Notes: a model not told the origin generated them from the sequence alone. 64,000 bases of DNA from Bifidobacterium breve (GCA_945863115.1 CAMAYZ010000004.1:30171-94170); one strand, 5' to 3'; shown: positions 10,905-21,152, counted from the stretch's first letter. Numbers and translations: made by a program.

Positions 10905-11159
10905 ATGCGTTTGATCTTAACTGTGGCCTCACTTGCTTTCGCTTTTTATGCTTTCTTTGATTGCGCAAGAAGCCCACAAGAAGACGTCCGTAAGTTGCCA
11001 AAGTGGGCGTGGTTGTTAATCATATTTTTATTCTCTTCAGTTGGTGCGATTTTCTGGTTCTTAATTGGAAAGCCTCGACGCAATCCAGGCCCTGGACGTG
11101 GTGGTCGCGGAAGAATAATTCCGCCAGATGACGATCCAGATTTCTTGCGCAAGCTCTAA
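10905..11159 (+). CDS. small membrane protein, PLD-nuclease N-terminal (PLDc_N)-like
   Basis: 84 aa with two hydrophobic helices and the KLPKWAWLLII...FWFLIGKPRR pattern typical of PLDc_N proteins. Gly/Arg/Pro-rich tail. Confidence 0.6.
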   Translation: MRLILTVASLAFAFYAFFDCARSPQEDVRKLPKWAWLLIIFLFSSVGAIFWFLIGKPRRNPGPGRGGRGRIIPPDDDPDFLRKL

Positions 11160-11173
11160 AGCCCGCTAATTAC

Positions 11174-12064
11174 CTAAAGCCCGCTATATGTATGCTTTCC
11201 AGTTCCCCAGATATTTACATACACATAATTAAATAAGAATGTAGATCCGGCGAATAAACATAACCAAGCAGCTTTACGACCACGCCAACCAACTGTTACA
11301 CGTGCATGTAAATATGCTGCGTATGCAACCCAAGTAATAAATGCCCAAGTCTCTTTTGGATCCCATCCCCAATATCTGCCCCAAGCTGCCTCTGCCCAAA
11401 TTGCACCTGCAATAACCGCAAATGTCCAGAGTGGAAATACCAGTGCTACAAGTCGATAAGTAAGTTGATCCAAACTCTCTAACGATGGCAATTTAAGCGC
11501 CCATTCTGGACGGCCGCCACGCTCTTCGTATCGATCTAAAATTAAGTATGTGCCTGCGATGCAATTTGCTAGAAGAAAGACACCACCAGAAATAATTGCT
11601 GCAGATACGTGAATTACTAACCAAGCCGATTTTAAGGCTGGGACAAGTGGCGCACTTGGGACATAGAGAACTGTAATTGCAGTTCCAAGAGTCAATAAAA
11701 TAGAGATTGCTACCGGCAATCCAAGCCACTTAATTTTATATTTCCAGAGCGCAAAAATATAAGCACCGGTAAATGCGAGAGCACCAGTTATGGAGAATTC
11801 ATACATATTTCCCCAAGGAACTCGCTCTGCTGAGACACCTCTGAAAATAACTGCCAAAAGTAATGAGATGAAGCCGAGAACAATCATTACTGTTCCGAGA
11901 TCACCACTACGTTTAGTTCGAGAGAAATCAAATTTGGTCTTCTCTTCTAAATTGCGAACTGAAAATGCAACCTCTACTGCATGAGCGACAAATGCAACAG
12001 CAAAAAGTGCCATCGCGGTATAGACACCGTAGTTGGATAGGTATGCATAATCTGATGAATTCAC
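11174..12064 (-). CDS. ccsA: cytochrome c biogenesis protein CcsA/ResC (System II)
   Basis: Polytopic protein with the haem-handling WWD motif (WGRYWGWDPKETWAF). Follows resB. Confidence 0.9.
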   Translation of the reverse strand: MNSSDYAYLSNYGVYTAMALFAVAFVAHAVEVAFSVRNLEEKTKFDFSRTKRSGDLGTVMIVLGFISLLLAVIFRGVSAERVPWGNMYEFSITGALAFTGAYIFALWKYKIKWLGLPVAISILLTLGTAITVLYVPSAPLVPALKSAWLVIHVSAAIISGGVFLLANCIAGTYLILDRYEERGGRPEWALKLPSLESLDQLTYRLVALVFPLWTFAVIAGAIWAEAAWGRYWGWDPKETWAFITWVAYAAYLHARVTVGWRGRKAAWLCLFAGSTFLFNYVYVNIWGTGKHTYSGL

Positions 12065-12068
12065 GTGC

Positions 12069-13526
12069 CTATCCTTTCATCTTAATTACAAGTGATGCAA
12101 TTTCATTCTCGAGTCCTGGAGCCGCATTCTTTGCAAGTCCTGCAACTTCAACACCAGATTTACTTTGATTCTCTTTAATCCAAATGCGACGCGATCTGGT
12201 GAATAGCGACATCAACAGACCAAGAATTGCCAGTATTGATCCAAGCAATGCATATATCTTGCCTGGGTCGCTAACTATTTGCAGGTTGACCCAAGGTGTC
12301 CAACCTTCGAATGTGATTGAACCGTCACCAAAATCATGGGTCTCGTTTAACTTCAAAGTTTTTAACCCAATTCGTTTCATTTCTGAAGTATTTAACCGAT
12401 AAACAGATTGTGGATTGCCGGAATCCAAACCAAGATCACCGGTCCAGATGGAAAGAAGCAATCTCGGATCTAAAACTTCAGGATAGCTAGAGATCGCCCC
12501 ACCTCCTTCTCCTCGTTCATAAGTCGGCGTGAATGATCCGATGAACCCAATTTGAGGTTGCATATCCGGAACTTTTATTGCTCCAATAGAAGTTAAATTT
12601 CCATCTTGCGGCAAGAAAATTACTGCTCCTTGATATTTTATTTCACCAGTCTTATCGCGAACTGTGACAAGTGGTGAATAGCCATTTGCTTGTAAGTAAA
12701 CCTTGGTGCTTCCGAATGTCAGAGGAGAATTGACCCTGACTACTTGAGATTTTTCAGTTGTCCCAATTTCATTCGCTACATTGGCATTTAGTTTGAAGTC
12801 ACTTGGAGCACCAGTTACCAAATCATATGTAGCTTTAAAATTGGTTGCAGTTATAGAAAATGGATTTAAACTCTTCTCGGATTGTAATTTTCCAAATGAA
12901 ATGACGTCATAAGAAGTAGGAGTATTAATAAATCTCTCTCCAACATTAATAATTGCATCACCCTTCATTCCATAAAGCGAACCTAAAGCAACTCCAACTA
13001 AAACTAGGATCAGAGATAAATGGAAGAGCAAGTTACCGGTTTCTCGCATGAAACCTTTCTCTGCCGAAATTGAATGGGCATCTCTTCTTATTCGGAAACG
13101 GTTTTTACGTAACCAAGCCTCAGCGCCATCAAGAGTGCCCTCGACTACTTCGGTATGAAATTCCATACGATTTAAGTTCTTCGGAGTAAGGGATGGGATT
13201 GCCCGGATTCCCTTTAAGTGTTCGAAGGTTCTTGGTAAAACACATCCGATTAGCGAGACGAAAAGCAGAATATAAATCGCGCTAAACCAAGGCGAGCTAT
13301 ACACATCAAAAATTTGAAGTTGATCTAGAAATTTAGCTGTGCCTGGATTGCTCTTGAAGTAATCACTGACAGCAAGCGGATTCTGAGTTCGCTGCGGAAA
13401 TAGCGAACCGGGAATCGCTGCAACGCCCAATAGCAATAATAAAATAAGTGCGGTGCGCATGCTTGTGAGTTGTCGCCATAACCAGCGAATTGAAGAGCGG
13501 GCGTCTAGTTCAGTATTTGTAGTCAC
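12069..13526 (-). CDS. resB: cytochrome c biogenesis protein ResB/Ccs1
   Basis: 485 aa with N-terminal TM helices, a large extracytoplasmic domain and a C-terminal TM. Located between ccdA and ccsA as in other actinobacteria. Confidence 0.85.
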   Translation of the reverse strand: MTTNTELDARSSIRWLWRQLTSMRTALILLLLLGVAAIPGSLFPQRTQNPLAVSDYFKSNPGTAKFLDQLQIFDVYSSPWFSAIYILLFVSLIGCVLPRTFEHLKGIRAIPSLTPKNLNRMEFHTEVVEGTLDGAEAWLRKNRFRIRRDAHSISAEKGFMRETGNLLFHLSLILVLVGVALGSLYGMKGDAIINVGERFINTPTSYDVISFGKLQSEKSLNPFSITATNFKATYDLVTGAPSDFKLNANVANEIGTTEKSQVVRVNSPLTFGSTKVYLQANGYSPLVTVRDKTGEIKYQGAVIFLPQDGNLTSIGAIKVPDMQPQIGFIGSFTPTYERGEGGGAISSYPEVLDPRLLLSIWTGDLGLDSGNPQSVYRLNTSEMKRIGLKTLKLNETHDFGDGSITFEGWTPWVNLQIVSDPGKIYALLGSILAILGLLMSLFTRSRRIWIKENQSKSGVEVAGLAKNAAPGLENEIASLVIKMKG

Positions 13527-14267
13527 TTAAGCCACCGGTGCGAAATCTGAAATGAAACCGCGAAGGGAATTCATGACATCCGCCCATAATCCAGTAACTT
13601 GTAAAATTCCGAGAAGGATTAAGAAAATGCCACCGATTAGCGTCAAATAATTTCCATGTCTGGAGATAAATCTTCTTAGTCGGTTCGATTTATCAAAGAA
13701 AATACCAACCAGAATAAATGGCGAGCCCAGACCAATGCAGTAAGCAAAACTTAAAATAGCACCGCGAAGTGCACTCGATTCTTGAAATGAAAGTGTTTGC
13801 ACCGCAGCTAAAGTTGGACCAATACATGGTGTCCACCCAACTCCAAATAGAAATCCAAGGATTGGTGCACCAGCTAGTCCGGCACGAACTTTCCATACTG
13901 GCTTAAATGAGCGGTAGAACTTCTGATTAAATAGAAAGATTATTCCCATTGCAATTGTCAATAAACCTAGAATTATTGAAATCAGCGTTGAATTACTTGA
14001 AATCTTTGATCCAAGAGAACCGAATATGGCGCCATAAGAAATAAAAAGAATTGAGAATCCTAAGACAAATAAAATTGAACCAAGGGCGGCTCGTCCCCTA
14101 CTTCTAACTTCAGTCATACCTGCTGCATAAGCTAAATAACCAGGAACAAGTGGGAGCACGCAAGGCGAAGCAAACGAAATTAATCCGGCAAACATAGCGA
14201 CCGCTGAAGCAATCAACAGATTGCCATCAAAGATAACATCAACGAAAAATTCAAACATTGACTTCAC
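13527..14267 (-). CDS. ccdA: cytochrome c biogenesis thiol:disulfide transporter CcdA
   Basis: 246-aa six-helix protein with conserved cysteines in [11 protein letters not shown] and GWTPCIGP. Confidence 0.85.
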   Translation of the reverse strand: MKSMFEFFVDVIFDGNLLIASAVAMFAGLISFASPCVLPLVPGYLAYAAGMTEVRSRGRAALGSILFVLGFSILFISYGAIFGSLGSKISSNSTLISIILGLLTIAMGIIFLFNQKFYRSFKPVWKVRAGLAGAPILGFLFGVGWTPCIGPTLAAVQTLSFQESSALRGAILSFAYCIGLGSPFILVGIFFDKSNRLRRFISRHGNYLTLIGGIFLILLGILQVTGLWADVMNSLRGFISDFAPVA

Positions 14268-14799
14268 TTCCTGAAACTTTTTTTAATACTTCTCGCATAG
14301 TAGAAACCGTCACCTGGCCACTAATTCGCGCTGCTACCCGGCCTTTCGTATCAATAACTATCGTGGTTGGGATTGCATTGGCTGGAAGTGATCCTCGGAA
14401 ACTTGCTATTACTGCATCGTCAATAAGAGTTGGATACGTCAATCCAAACCTTTTTACAAAACTCTGTGCCGAGGTCAAGTTATCCCTCGTCAAAATTCCC
14501 ACAAATTGGATATCTGGATTTTTAATTGCGAACTCTTCAAGAGTAGGTGCTTCAGCTCGACACGGTGAGCACCATGACGCCCAAACATTTACTACAGTGA
14601 TTTTTCCTAGTTCAGAATTAAAGTTTGTTCCGTCAAGAGTTTCACCCGAGAGAGTTGGGGCCAGAATTCTTTCTGACTCATTTAATACGACTGCAGATCC
14701 ATCGCCAGAAATATAAGCGTTCTCACTATTGCTTGAAGTTCCACCGGCAGAACATGATGTCAAAGTTAAAACTAATGCGAGAGCTAAAATTAATTTCAT
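14251..14799 (-). CDS. TlpA/ResA-family thioredoxin-like lipoprotein
   Basis: Lipobox (LTLTSC) signal peptide and thioredoxin motif WASWCSPC. First gene of the ccs block. Confidence 0.85.
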   Translation of the reverse strand: MKLILALALVLTLTSCSAGGTSSNSENAYISGDGSAVVLNESERILAPTLSGETLDGTNFNSELGKITVVNVWASWCSPCRAEAPTLEEFAIKNPDIQFVGILTRDNLTSAQSFVKRFGLTYPTLIDDAVIASFRGSLPANAIPTTIVIDTKGRVAARISGQVTVSTMREVLKKVSGSEVNV

Positions 14800-15416
14800 T
14801 TCGTTGGCAATAAATGATTAGCTGGCTCGGAGTATGAAACGCCATTAATCATTCCTTCGTCATCCAAATGTAGGGTTGTTACAGATGCCAATGTGCAGAT
14901 TCGTTTTCTTGGATCATGCAAAAGCCTTCGCCCTTCTACGGCTGAGCGCAGAATCCAAATTGGTAATTGGTGAGATACAACTAGCGCATCTTTACCATTT
15001 GCTGCATCGCGAGCTGCAAAGACTGCAGCAAGCATCCGTTCAATTTGTTCGGTGTAGGGCTCGCCCCAAGAAGGTTTTGCTGGATTGCGTAGGTGCCACC
15101 ATGAAGCTGGATGGCGAAGAACGCCACTTCCCAATTCGAATTTCTTTCCTTCAAAAATATTTGCAGCTTCAATTAATTTTTCATCAGTCTTTATCTGTAA
15201 GTTATGTTTTGCAGCAATCGGGGCTGCGGTTTCCTGTGCCCGTTGTAGTGGTGAAGCATGTATCGCTCCAAGATCTAACTTCGAACTCCAGTCTGCGACA
15301 ACTTGTGCCATTTCTTGACCACGAATTGAAAGTCGCCAACCTGGTTGACGTCCATAAAGAATCTTTTCTGGATTCTCTACTTCCCCATGTCGCAAGACGT
15401 GTATCGCTCGTGTCAT
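14796..15416 (-). CDS. histidine phosphatase (phosphoglycerate mutase-like) family protein
   Basis: RHGE catalytic motif (VLRHGEVENP) and a second catalytic His region (VVSHQLP). Same position relative to the ccs genes as in mycobacteria. Confidence 0.8.
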   Translation of the reverse strand: MTRAIHVLRHGEVENPEKILYGRQPGWRLSIRGQEMAQVVADWSSKLDLGAIHASPLQRAQETAAPIAAKHNLQIKTDEKLIEAANIFEGKKFELGSGVLRHPASWWHLRNPAKPSWGEPYTEQIERMLAAVFAARDAANGKDALVVSHQLPIWILRSAVEGRRLLHDPRKRICTLASVTTLHLDDEGMINGVSYSEPANHLLPTK

Positions 15417-15422
15417 GAGGTA

Positions 15423-15428
15423 ATCATA
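15423..15428 (-). promoter_or_regulatory. candidate -10 hexamer TATGAT, 6 nt upstream of ATG 15416 (leaderless histidine phosphatase/ccs operon mRNA)
   Basis: TANNNT at -12..-7 relative to the start codon. No SD in the 34-nt divergent spacer. Confidence 0.45.
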
Positions 15429-15438
15429 ACTTGAACGC

Positions 15439-15444
15439 TAAGGT
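15439..15444 (+). promoter_or_regulatory. candidate -10 hexamer TAAGGT, 6 nt upstream of ATG 15451 (leaderless HAD hydrolase mRNA)
   Basis: TANNNT at -12..-7 relative to the start codon. Confidence 0.45.
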
Positions 15445-15450
15445 TGGGTT

Positions 15451-16221
15451 ATGTTGAATCCTGGCAAACGAGTTGCCTTCTTTGATGTAGATAACACAAT
15501 CATTCGCGGATCCACGATTTTCTTCCTTGGCCGCGGCATGTATCAAAGAGGTTTCTTTAGTAAGCGCGATATCTCGGCCTTCGTTCTGGCAAATCTAAGG
15601 TATCGCTTAACAGGTGCTGAGAATCAGGAAGAGATAGAAAAATTTCAAAATGCGGCAACTGATTTTATTGGTGGCCATGGTGTCAAAGAGATCGAAGCCA
15701 TAGGTTCAGAAATTTATGATGAATTCGTCTCCCCAGCACTTTGGCAAGGAACGATTGAAATCGCGAATCAACATTTATCTAATGGCGAAGAGGTCTGGTT
15801 AGTAACTGCAGCACCTCAAGACATGGCAGTCCTGATTGCAAAACGATTAGGTTTCACTGGCGCTCTAGGAAGTAAAGCAGAAGTTATTGATGGGGTTTAC
15901 ACCGGAAAAATGAATGGTCTTCTGTTGCATGGAAATCAGAAAGCGATTGCGATTAGAGAGTTAGCGCAACAAAGCAATATTGATCTTGCAAATTCTTATG
16001 CATATTCTGATAGCCATAACGACTTTCCGCTGTTAACCGCGGTTGGAAATCCCGCGGCGATAAATCCAGATACCTTGCTACAAATTCGAGCAATCAGAGA
16101 TAACTGGCCAATTCATGATTTCCGGCGAGGTCGGGCGGTGAAAGCGTTATTCGGACCGCTTCTTGCAAGATTTGCCGCTGCCTTAACATTCTTATCGCCT
16201 AGAAGATTTCGGTCGAGGTAG
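15451..16221 (+). CDS. HAD-IB family hydrolase (SerB-like)
   Basis: HAD motif I FFDVDNTI and later motifs (VTAAP, YSDSHNDFPLL). Confidence 0.8.
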   Translation: MLNPGKRVAFFDVDNTIIRGSTIFFLGRGMYQRGFFSKRDISAFVLANLRYRLTGAENQEEIEKFQNAATDFIGGHGVKEIEAIGSEIYDEFVSPALWQGTIEIANQHLSNGEEVWLVTAAPQDMAVLIAKRLGFTGALGSKAEVIDGVYTGKMNGLLLHGNQKAIAIRELAQQSNIDLANSYAYSDSHNDFPLLTAVGNPAAINPDTLLQIRAIRDNWPIHDFRRGRAVKALFGPLLARFAAALTFLSPRRFRSR

Positions 16222-16250
16222 CTTCTAAAACTCGGTAAAGTAGGGCAGTT

Positions 16251-18416
16251 ATGTCTGTTAATTCTTTTGCCGATGAATTGCGTGCCCGCAGCGATGAATC
16301 AATCGCGCATCTTTTTGCGGTGCGCCCAGACTTACTGTCCCCGGTACCAACAGATTTATCTGCGCTATCGGCTCGAGCTAATTCAACCCCAAGTTTAATG
16401 CGCGCTCTTGAATCTCTAAACAAATTTCAAATAGAGGTTTTAACTTCTGCTAGCACTTTAACTCAACCTTTCTCAAAATCTGAATTGCTCTCAGTTTCTG
16501 TTCCTGAAGCTGGCGAAGAATTACTGCGACTCTGGGCTGCAGCACTTGTATATAAAGATGGCACAAAATATCGGTTACCCGGAAATTTAGGTCAATTAAT
16601 TGGCGATGAACCAGCGGGTCTCGGTCCAAAATCTTTAAAGAAAATAGATTTTAAATCACTGAAAGATCTGCCAAGTGATTCGGCCGCAGTTCTCGAGCGA
16701 TTAACTTGGGGGCCGCCACGTGGGCAAGTCGGAAATATAAAGGCGCCTGGCACAGCAATTGGATGGTTGATTGAACATGATTACTTAGCTGTGATGGATT
16801 CAAAAACTGTTGTTCTGCCTCGTGAAGTTGGAATGCATTTACGTGGTGGAAAAGTCTTTAAAGAATACTCGCCTCAAGCCAATTCATTTGTTGGAACTGC
16901 ACGTAAGCAGAAAGATATAGATCGCGCAGCAATTGCAAATATTTCAAACTTTCTACGTTGGTGTGAAGAGCTTGCACACAATTGGTCAGATGAACCTCCC
17001 ATCGCACTTCGTTCGGGTGGTCTTGGAATTAGAGATTTAAAGCGCAGCGCAGATCATTTAGGAATCGACGAAAATTGTGTTGCCTTTGTTGCTGAAGTGC
17101 TTTATCTAGGTGGGCTAATTGTTATAGACCCTGATGATCAGATCTTGCCAACAAACTCCTTTGATATTTGGATGTCGAGATCACTTGAAGAACGTTGGAG
17201 CTCACTCGTAAATTTATGGCTTGAAACTTCTCGAGTGAGTGGCTTAGCAGGCAAAATTGGCGAAAAAAATATTGCACCTCTTGGCCCAGAACTTGATCGT
17301 GCCGGTATCGCATCAATGCGCAAGGTCACTCTAAATATCCTTGCCGAAAATTTAGAGTCTGATCCAGCAATAAAAAATCTGCAAGAAATAATTGCTTGGC
17401 AGATGCCGCAACGCTTTAACGCTGAATATATTGAATGGACGCTTCGCGAAGCTGAATGGTTAGGACTTACCGGTCAAGGCGCGCTCTCCGAATTTGGTAT
17501 TGCTTTTCTAAATGGATCTGATGATCTCGGCGTCGAACGTGCGCTACCAAAACCAGTTGACCATATTTTGATTCAGGCCGATAACAGTGCAATAGCACCT
17601 GGGCCATTGACGGTAGAGCTTGCAAACATGATTGGAACGATTGCAGATATTGAAAGTCGTGGCGGGGCATCCGTTTATCGCTTTAGTGAGAGTTCAATTC
17701 GCCGAGGGCTAGATCATGGTCAAACTGGCGAACAGATAAAAGATTTCTTGAAGAAGACCTCGAAAACTCCGGTTCCACAACCACTTGAATATCTAATTAA
17801 CGATGTTGCGAAACGTCATGGTCGGCTTCGAGTTGGTATGGCACAAACTTATATTCGCTGTGAAGATGAAGGTTTATTAACTCAGATATTGCACGATAAG
17901 AAATTGGAATCTCTTCGCTTCCGTAAATTAGCACCTCAAGTATTGGTCTGTGATTTTGAAACTGGAGATGTTATTGCAACGCTTCGCGAAGCAAATTATT
18001 TACCGGCTGCCGAGAATGCAAGTGGCATTTTGATATCAGCCCCAGCAATCCGTAGGGCAAAATCACGACCAAAGCCACCAAGAGTCATAAGTGAAACTTC
18101 GGCACCATATTCACAAAGTGAAATTATTATCAAGGCTGCGGTGCGCACACTTCGGACTGGTGAAAAGGCGAGCTCACATAAACCACGTGAAGTTCCTAGA
18201 ACAACTGCAAATGAAACTTTAGATTTACTTCATCAATATATTGAAGAGCAAGCAAGCCTGACCATCGGTTATGCAGATACAAATGGTGGGGTTTCCAATA
18301 GGCTTATCGATCCAATCTCTATCTCCTTGGGCACGTTAATCGCCAGAGACCATGCAACTGGCGAGATGCAGAGCTTCCGGATTCCGAGAATCACCGGCGT
18401 CAGTCCAGCAAAGTAA
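16251..18416 (+). CDS. XPB-associated large conserved protein (Rv0862c-like, function unknown)
   Basis: 721 aa. The N-terminus (FADELRARSDESIAHLFAVRPDLLSPVP) resembles the protein encoded next to ercc3/XPB in mycobacteria. C-terminal 52 aa are WYL-like. Same operon as XPB. Confidence 0.65.
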   Translation: MSVNSFADELRARSDESIAHLFAVRPDLLSPVPTDLSALSARANSTPSLMRALESLNKFQIEVLTSASTLTQPFSKSELLSVSVPEAGEELLRLWAAALVYKDGTKYRLPGNLGQLIGDEPAGLGPKSLKKIDFKSLKDLPSDSAAVLERLTWGPPRGQVGNIKAPGTAIGWLIEHDYLAVMDSKTVVLPREVGMHLRGGKVFKEYSPQANSFVGTARKQKDIDRAAIANISNFLRWCEELAHNWSDEPPIALRSGGLGIRDLKRSADHLGIDENCVAFVAEVLYLGGLIVIDPDDQILPTNSFDIWMSRSLEERWSSLVNLWLETSRVSGLAGKIGEKNIAPLGPELDRAGIASMRKVTLNILAENLESDPAIKNLQEIIAWQMPQRFNAEYIEWTLREAEWLGLTGQGALSEFGIAFLNGSDDLGVERALPKPVDHILIQADNSAIAPGPLTVELANMIGTIADIESRGGASVYRFSESSIRRGLDHGQTGEQIKDFLKKTSKTPVPQPLEYLINDVAKRHGRLRVGMAQTYIRCEDEGLLTQILHDKKLESLRFRKLAPQVLVCDFETGDVIATLREANYLPAAENASGILISAPAIRRAKSRPKPPRVISETSAPYSQSEIIIKAAVRTLRTGEKASSHKPREVPRTTANETLDLLHQYIEEQASLTIGYADTNGGVSNRLIDPISISLGTLIARDHATGEMQSFRIPRITGVSPAK

Positions 18417-18430
18417 GGCAGACTTATCCC

Positions 18431-19507
18431 ATGGCAATCGTCGAAGATTTGAAAAGACTTGTTGAATTTGAATCACCAAGTGAAGATCTTCTTGCTTGTC
18501 GCGGAGTTGTTGAGTTAGCAATTCAAATTGCAAATGAAAATTTAAAGCCAGAGGCCGAATTAATTGAGGAAAATGGCCGCCCGGTTTTTTGGTGGGGAAG
18601 CAAGAATCCCAAAATAGTTTTACTCGCACACTTAGATACTGTCTGGCCAAAAGGTTCTTACCTGCCTACCTGGAGCGTTGCTGGAGATATTGCAAAAGGC
18701 CCTGGGGTCTTTGATATGAAAGCTGGCTTTCTACAAGCTATCTATGCCGTCAAAGAAATCCCTGGTGCTGATTCAAAGGTTGCAATAATTGCAACTACTG
18801 ATGAAGAGCTCGGTAGCCAGAGTTCCAAGGCGCTAATCGAACGAGTTTCAAAGAGTGCAAGTGCAGTCTTGGTTTTAGAGGCGTCACTTAATGGCAAGGT
18901 AAAAACTGGTCGAAAAGGCACATCGATGTATCAGATCGCATTACATGGGCGAGCATCGCACGCTGGACTCGAACCAGAAAAAGGCATCAACGCAACTACT
19001 GAAATTGCCACAATAGTTATTGAAGTTGCAAAGTTAGCAAATCCAGAATTTGGAACAACAGTTGTTCCAACAGTTATGCATTCAGGAACCACAACGAATA
19101 CAGTTCCAGCACTTGCAACTCTTGATATCGATATTCGCTCGTTTTCTGCGGCAGAGTTAATTCGCGTTGATACTGCAATACGAAAGCTTGCAGCCGCACA
19201 CCCAGAAGCAAAGTTAGAAGTTACGGGTGGCATCAATCGACCACCGCTAGAAACTTCTGCAACTTTAGAGCTCTATGAAATTTTAGAGAAGGTCGCAAGT
19301 GAAATAGGTATGGAGCCAGTCGGGCACGCATCTGTAGGTGGTGCGAGCGATGGAAATTTCGCCGCAGCCGCAGGAGCTCGCGTATTAGATGGACTTGGCG
19401 CCGTCGGTGATGGTGCACATGCTCCACACGAACAAGTATTGCTCTCTTCAATTCCGTCGCGAGTAAAACTTCTAACTGCTTTTATTAAGGAATTAATTCG
19501 TGACTGA
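18431..19507 (+). CDS. M20/M25/M40 family metallohydrolase
   Basis: 358 aa with M20 metal-ligand regions (LLAHLDTVWP, DMKAG, TTDEELGS, HAGLEPEKG) and a dimerisation insert. Confidence 0.8.
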   Translation: MAIVEDLKRLVEFESPSEDLLACRGVVELAIQIANENLKPEAELIEENGRPVFWWGSKNPKIVLLAHLDTVWPKGSYLPTWSVAGDIAKGPGVFDMKAGFLQAIYAVKEIPGADSKVAIIATTDEELGSQSSKALIERVSKSASAVLVLEASLNGKVKTGRKGTSMYQIALHGRASHAGLEPEKGINATTEIATIVIEVAKLANPEFGTTVVPTVMHSGTTTNTVPALATLDIDIRSFSAAELIRVDTAIRKLAAAHPEAKLEVTGGINRPPLETSATLELYEILEKVASEIGMEPVGHASVGGASDGNFAAAAGARVLDGLGAVGDGAHAPHEQVLLSSIPSRVKLLTAFIKELIRD

Positions 19508-21152
19508 TGGCCCGTTAATTGTTCAAAGCGATAAAACTCTACTTCTAGATATTGATCATCCACTTAGCGATGAATGTCGCCGTTCAATAGCTTCCTTCGC
19601 TGAACTTGAAAAATCTCCAGAGCATATTCACACCTATCGATTGACTCCGCTTGGATTGTGGAATGCCCGCGCTGCTGGACATGATGCAGAGCAAGTTGTT
19701 GACATTCTTCTTAAATATTCCAGATTCGCAGTTCCACATGCTCTACTGGTTGATGTTGCTGAAACCATGTCTCGTTACGGCAGACTCCGTCTTGAGGCTC
19801 ATCCAGTCCACGGATTAGTTTTAGTTTCACATGATCCTGCGGTCCTTAGAGAAGTTACTCGAGGCAAAAAAGTTGCACCAATGTTGGGGCTCCAACTTGA
19901 TGCCGAAACGATTGTTGTTCATCCTGGTCAACGCGGCTTTTTGAAGCAGGCACTATTAAAACTTGGTTGGCCGGCCGAAGATTTTGCTGGGTATGTAGAT
20001 GGTGAGCATCATGAAATTGATTTAGTTCAAGATGGTTGGAGCATTAGAAAATATCAAGAGCTTGCAGCTGAAGGTTTCTGGCACGGTGGCTCAGGTGTTG
20101 TTGTGCTCCCCTGCGGAGCCGGAAAAACAATAGTTGGCGCTGCTGCAATGGCCCATGCCAAAGCAACAACTTTAATTCTTGTTACAAACACTATTGCTGC
20201 AAGACAGTGGCGCGACGAATTATTAAAGCGAACCACATTGCATGAAGATGAAATCGGAGAATATTCGGGCTCAAAGAAAGAAATTCGTCCCGTAACAATC
20301 GCTACGTATCAAGTAATGACAACCCGCAAGCAGGGCGTCTATGCGCATTTAGATCTATTTGATGCAATCGATTGGGGCCTGATTATTTATGACGAAGTTC
20401 ATTTGCTACCAGCGCCAATCTTTAGATTTACCGCGGATATTCAATCTCGCAGACGACTCGGTCTAACTGCAACACTAGTTCGCGAAGATGGAATGGAGGG
20501 CGAAGTATTTTCCCTCATTGGACCAAAGCGTTATGACGTTCCTTGGAAAGAAATTGAAGCGCAAGGTTATATTGCACCAGCTGATTGCATTGAAGTTCGG
20601 GTTAATTTAACTGAGGAAGAGCGCCTTAATTACGCAACTGCCGAACCAGAAGATCGTTACCGTTTCTGTTCAACAACAGCCACTAAGCGCAAGGTTGCAA
20701 TCGCTCTTGCAAAACAGCACAGCAACGAGCAAGTTTTAATTATTGGCCAATATATTGATCAGCTTGATGCGCTCAGTGCCGAACTTGGAGTTCCGCTTAT
20801 CAAAGGTGATACCCCGATTAAAGAACGTGAACGCCTTTTCAATTTATACCGAACTGGCGAAATAAAGTGTCTGGTTGTTTCGAAGGTTGCTAACTTTTCG
20901 ATTGACTTACCTGATGCAACTATTGCAATTCAGGTTTCAGGAACTTTTGGTTCTCGCCAAGAAGAAGCACAACGACTTGGTCGAATTCTGCGACCAAAAT
21001 CAGATGGCCGAACCGCACGATTTTATTCAATTGTGGCAAGAGATACTGTTGATCAAGATTTTGCACAGAACCGCCAAAGATTTCTAGCAGAGCAAGGTTA
21101 TGCCTACGGAATTATTGATGCGGATGATGTTTTAAGTGCCAATCCTGATTAA
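19500..21152 (+). CDS. DNA repair helicase XPB/ERCC3 homologue
   Basis: SF2 helicase with Walker A (PCGAGKT), DEVH box, the XPB-specific RED motif (TATLVREDG) and helicase C motifs. GTG start overlaps the M20 gene by 8 nt. Confidence 0.9.
   Translation: MTDGPLIVQSDKTLLLDIDHPLSDECRRSIASFAELEKSPEHIHTYRLTPLGLWNARAAGHDAEQVVDILLKYSRFAVPHALLVDVAETMSRYGRLRLEAHPVHGLVLVSHDPAVLREVTRGKKVAPMLGLQLDAETIVVHPGQRGFLKQALLKLGWPAEDFAGYVDGEHHEIDLVQDGWSIRKYQELAAEGFWHGGSGVVVLPCGAGKTIVGAAAMAHAKATTLILVTNTIAARQWRDELLKRTTLHEDEIGEYSGSKKEIRPVTIATYQVMTTRKQGVYAHLDLFDAIDWGLIIYDEVHLLPAPIFRFTADIQSRRRLGLTATLVREDGMEGEVFSLIGPKRYDVPWKEIEAQGYIAPADCIEVRVNLTEEERLNYATAEPEDRYRFCSTTATKRKVAIALAKQHSNEQVLIIGQYIDQLDALSAELGVPLIKGDTPIKERERLFNLYRTGEIKCLVVSKVANFSIDLPDATIAIQVSGTFGSRQEEAQRLGRILRPKSDGRTARFYSIVARDTVDQDFAQNRQRFLAEQGYAYGIIDADDVLSANPD

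Noticed and set aside
11156-11186. 13-nt perfect direct repeat CTAAAGCCCGCTA (11156-11168 and 11174-11186) spanning both stop codons at the PLDc_N/ccsA convergent junction
   Set aside because: The repeat is direct rather than inverted, so it cannot form a terminator hairpin. There is no associated mobile-element gene, so it is probably a small local duplication. Noted but not considered functional.
14258-15418. Plus-strand ORFs of 152, 180 and 77 aa
   Set aside because: They are antisense to the ResA-like thioredoxin and the histidine phosphatase genes, both of which carry catalytic motifs. No independent start signals.
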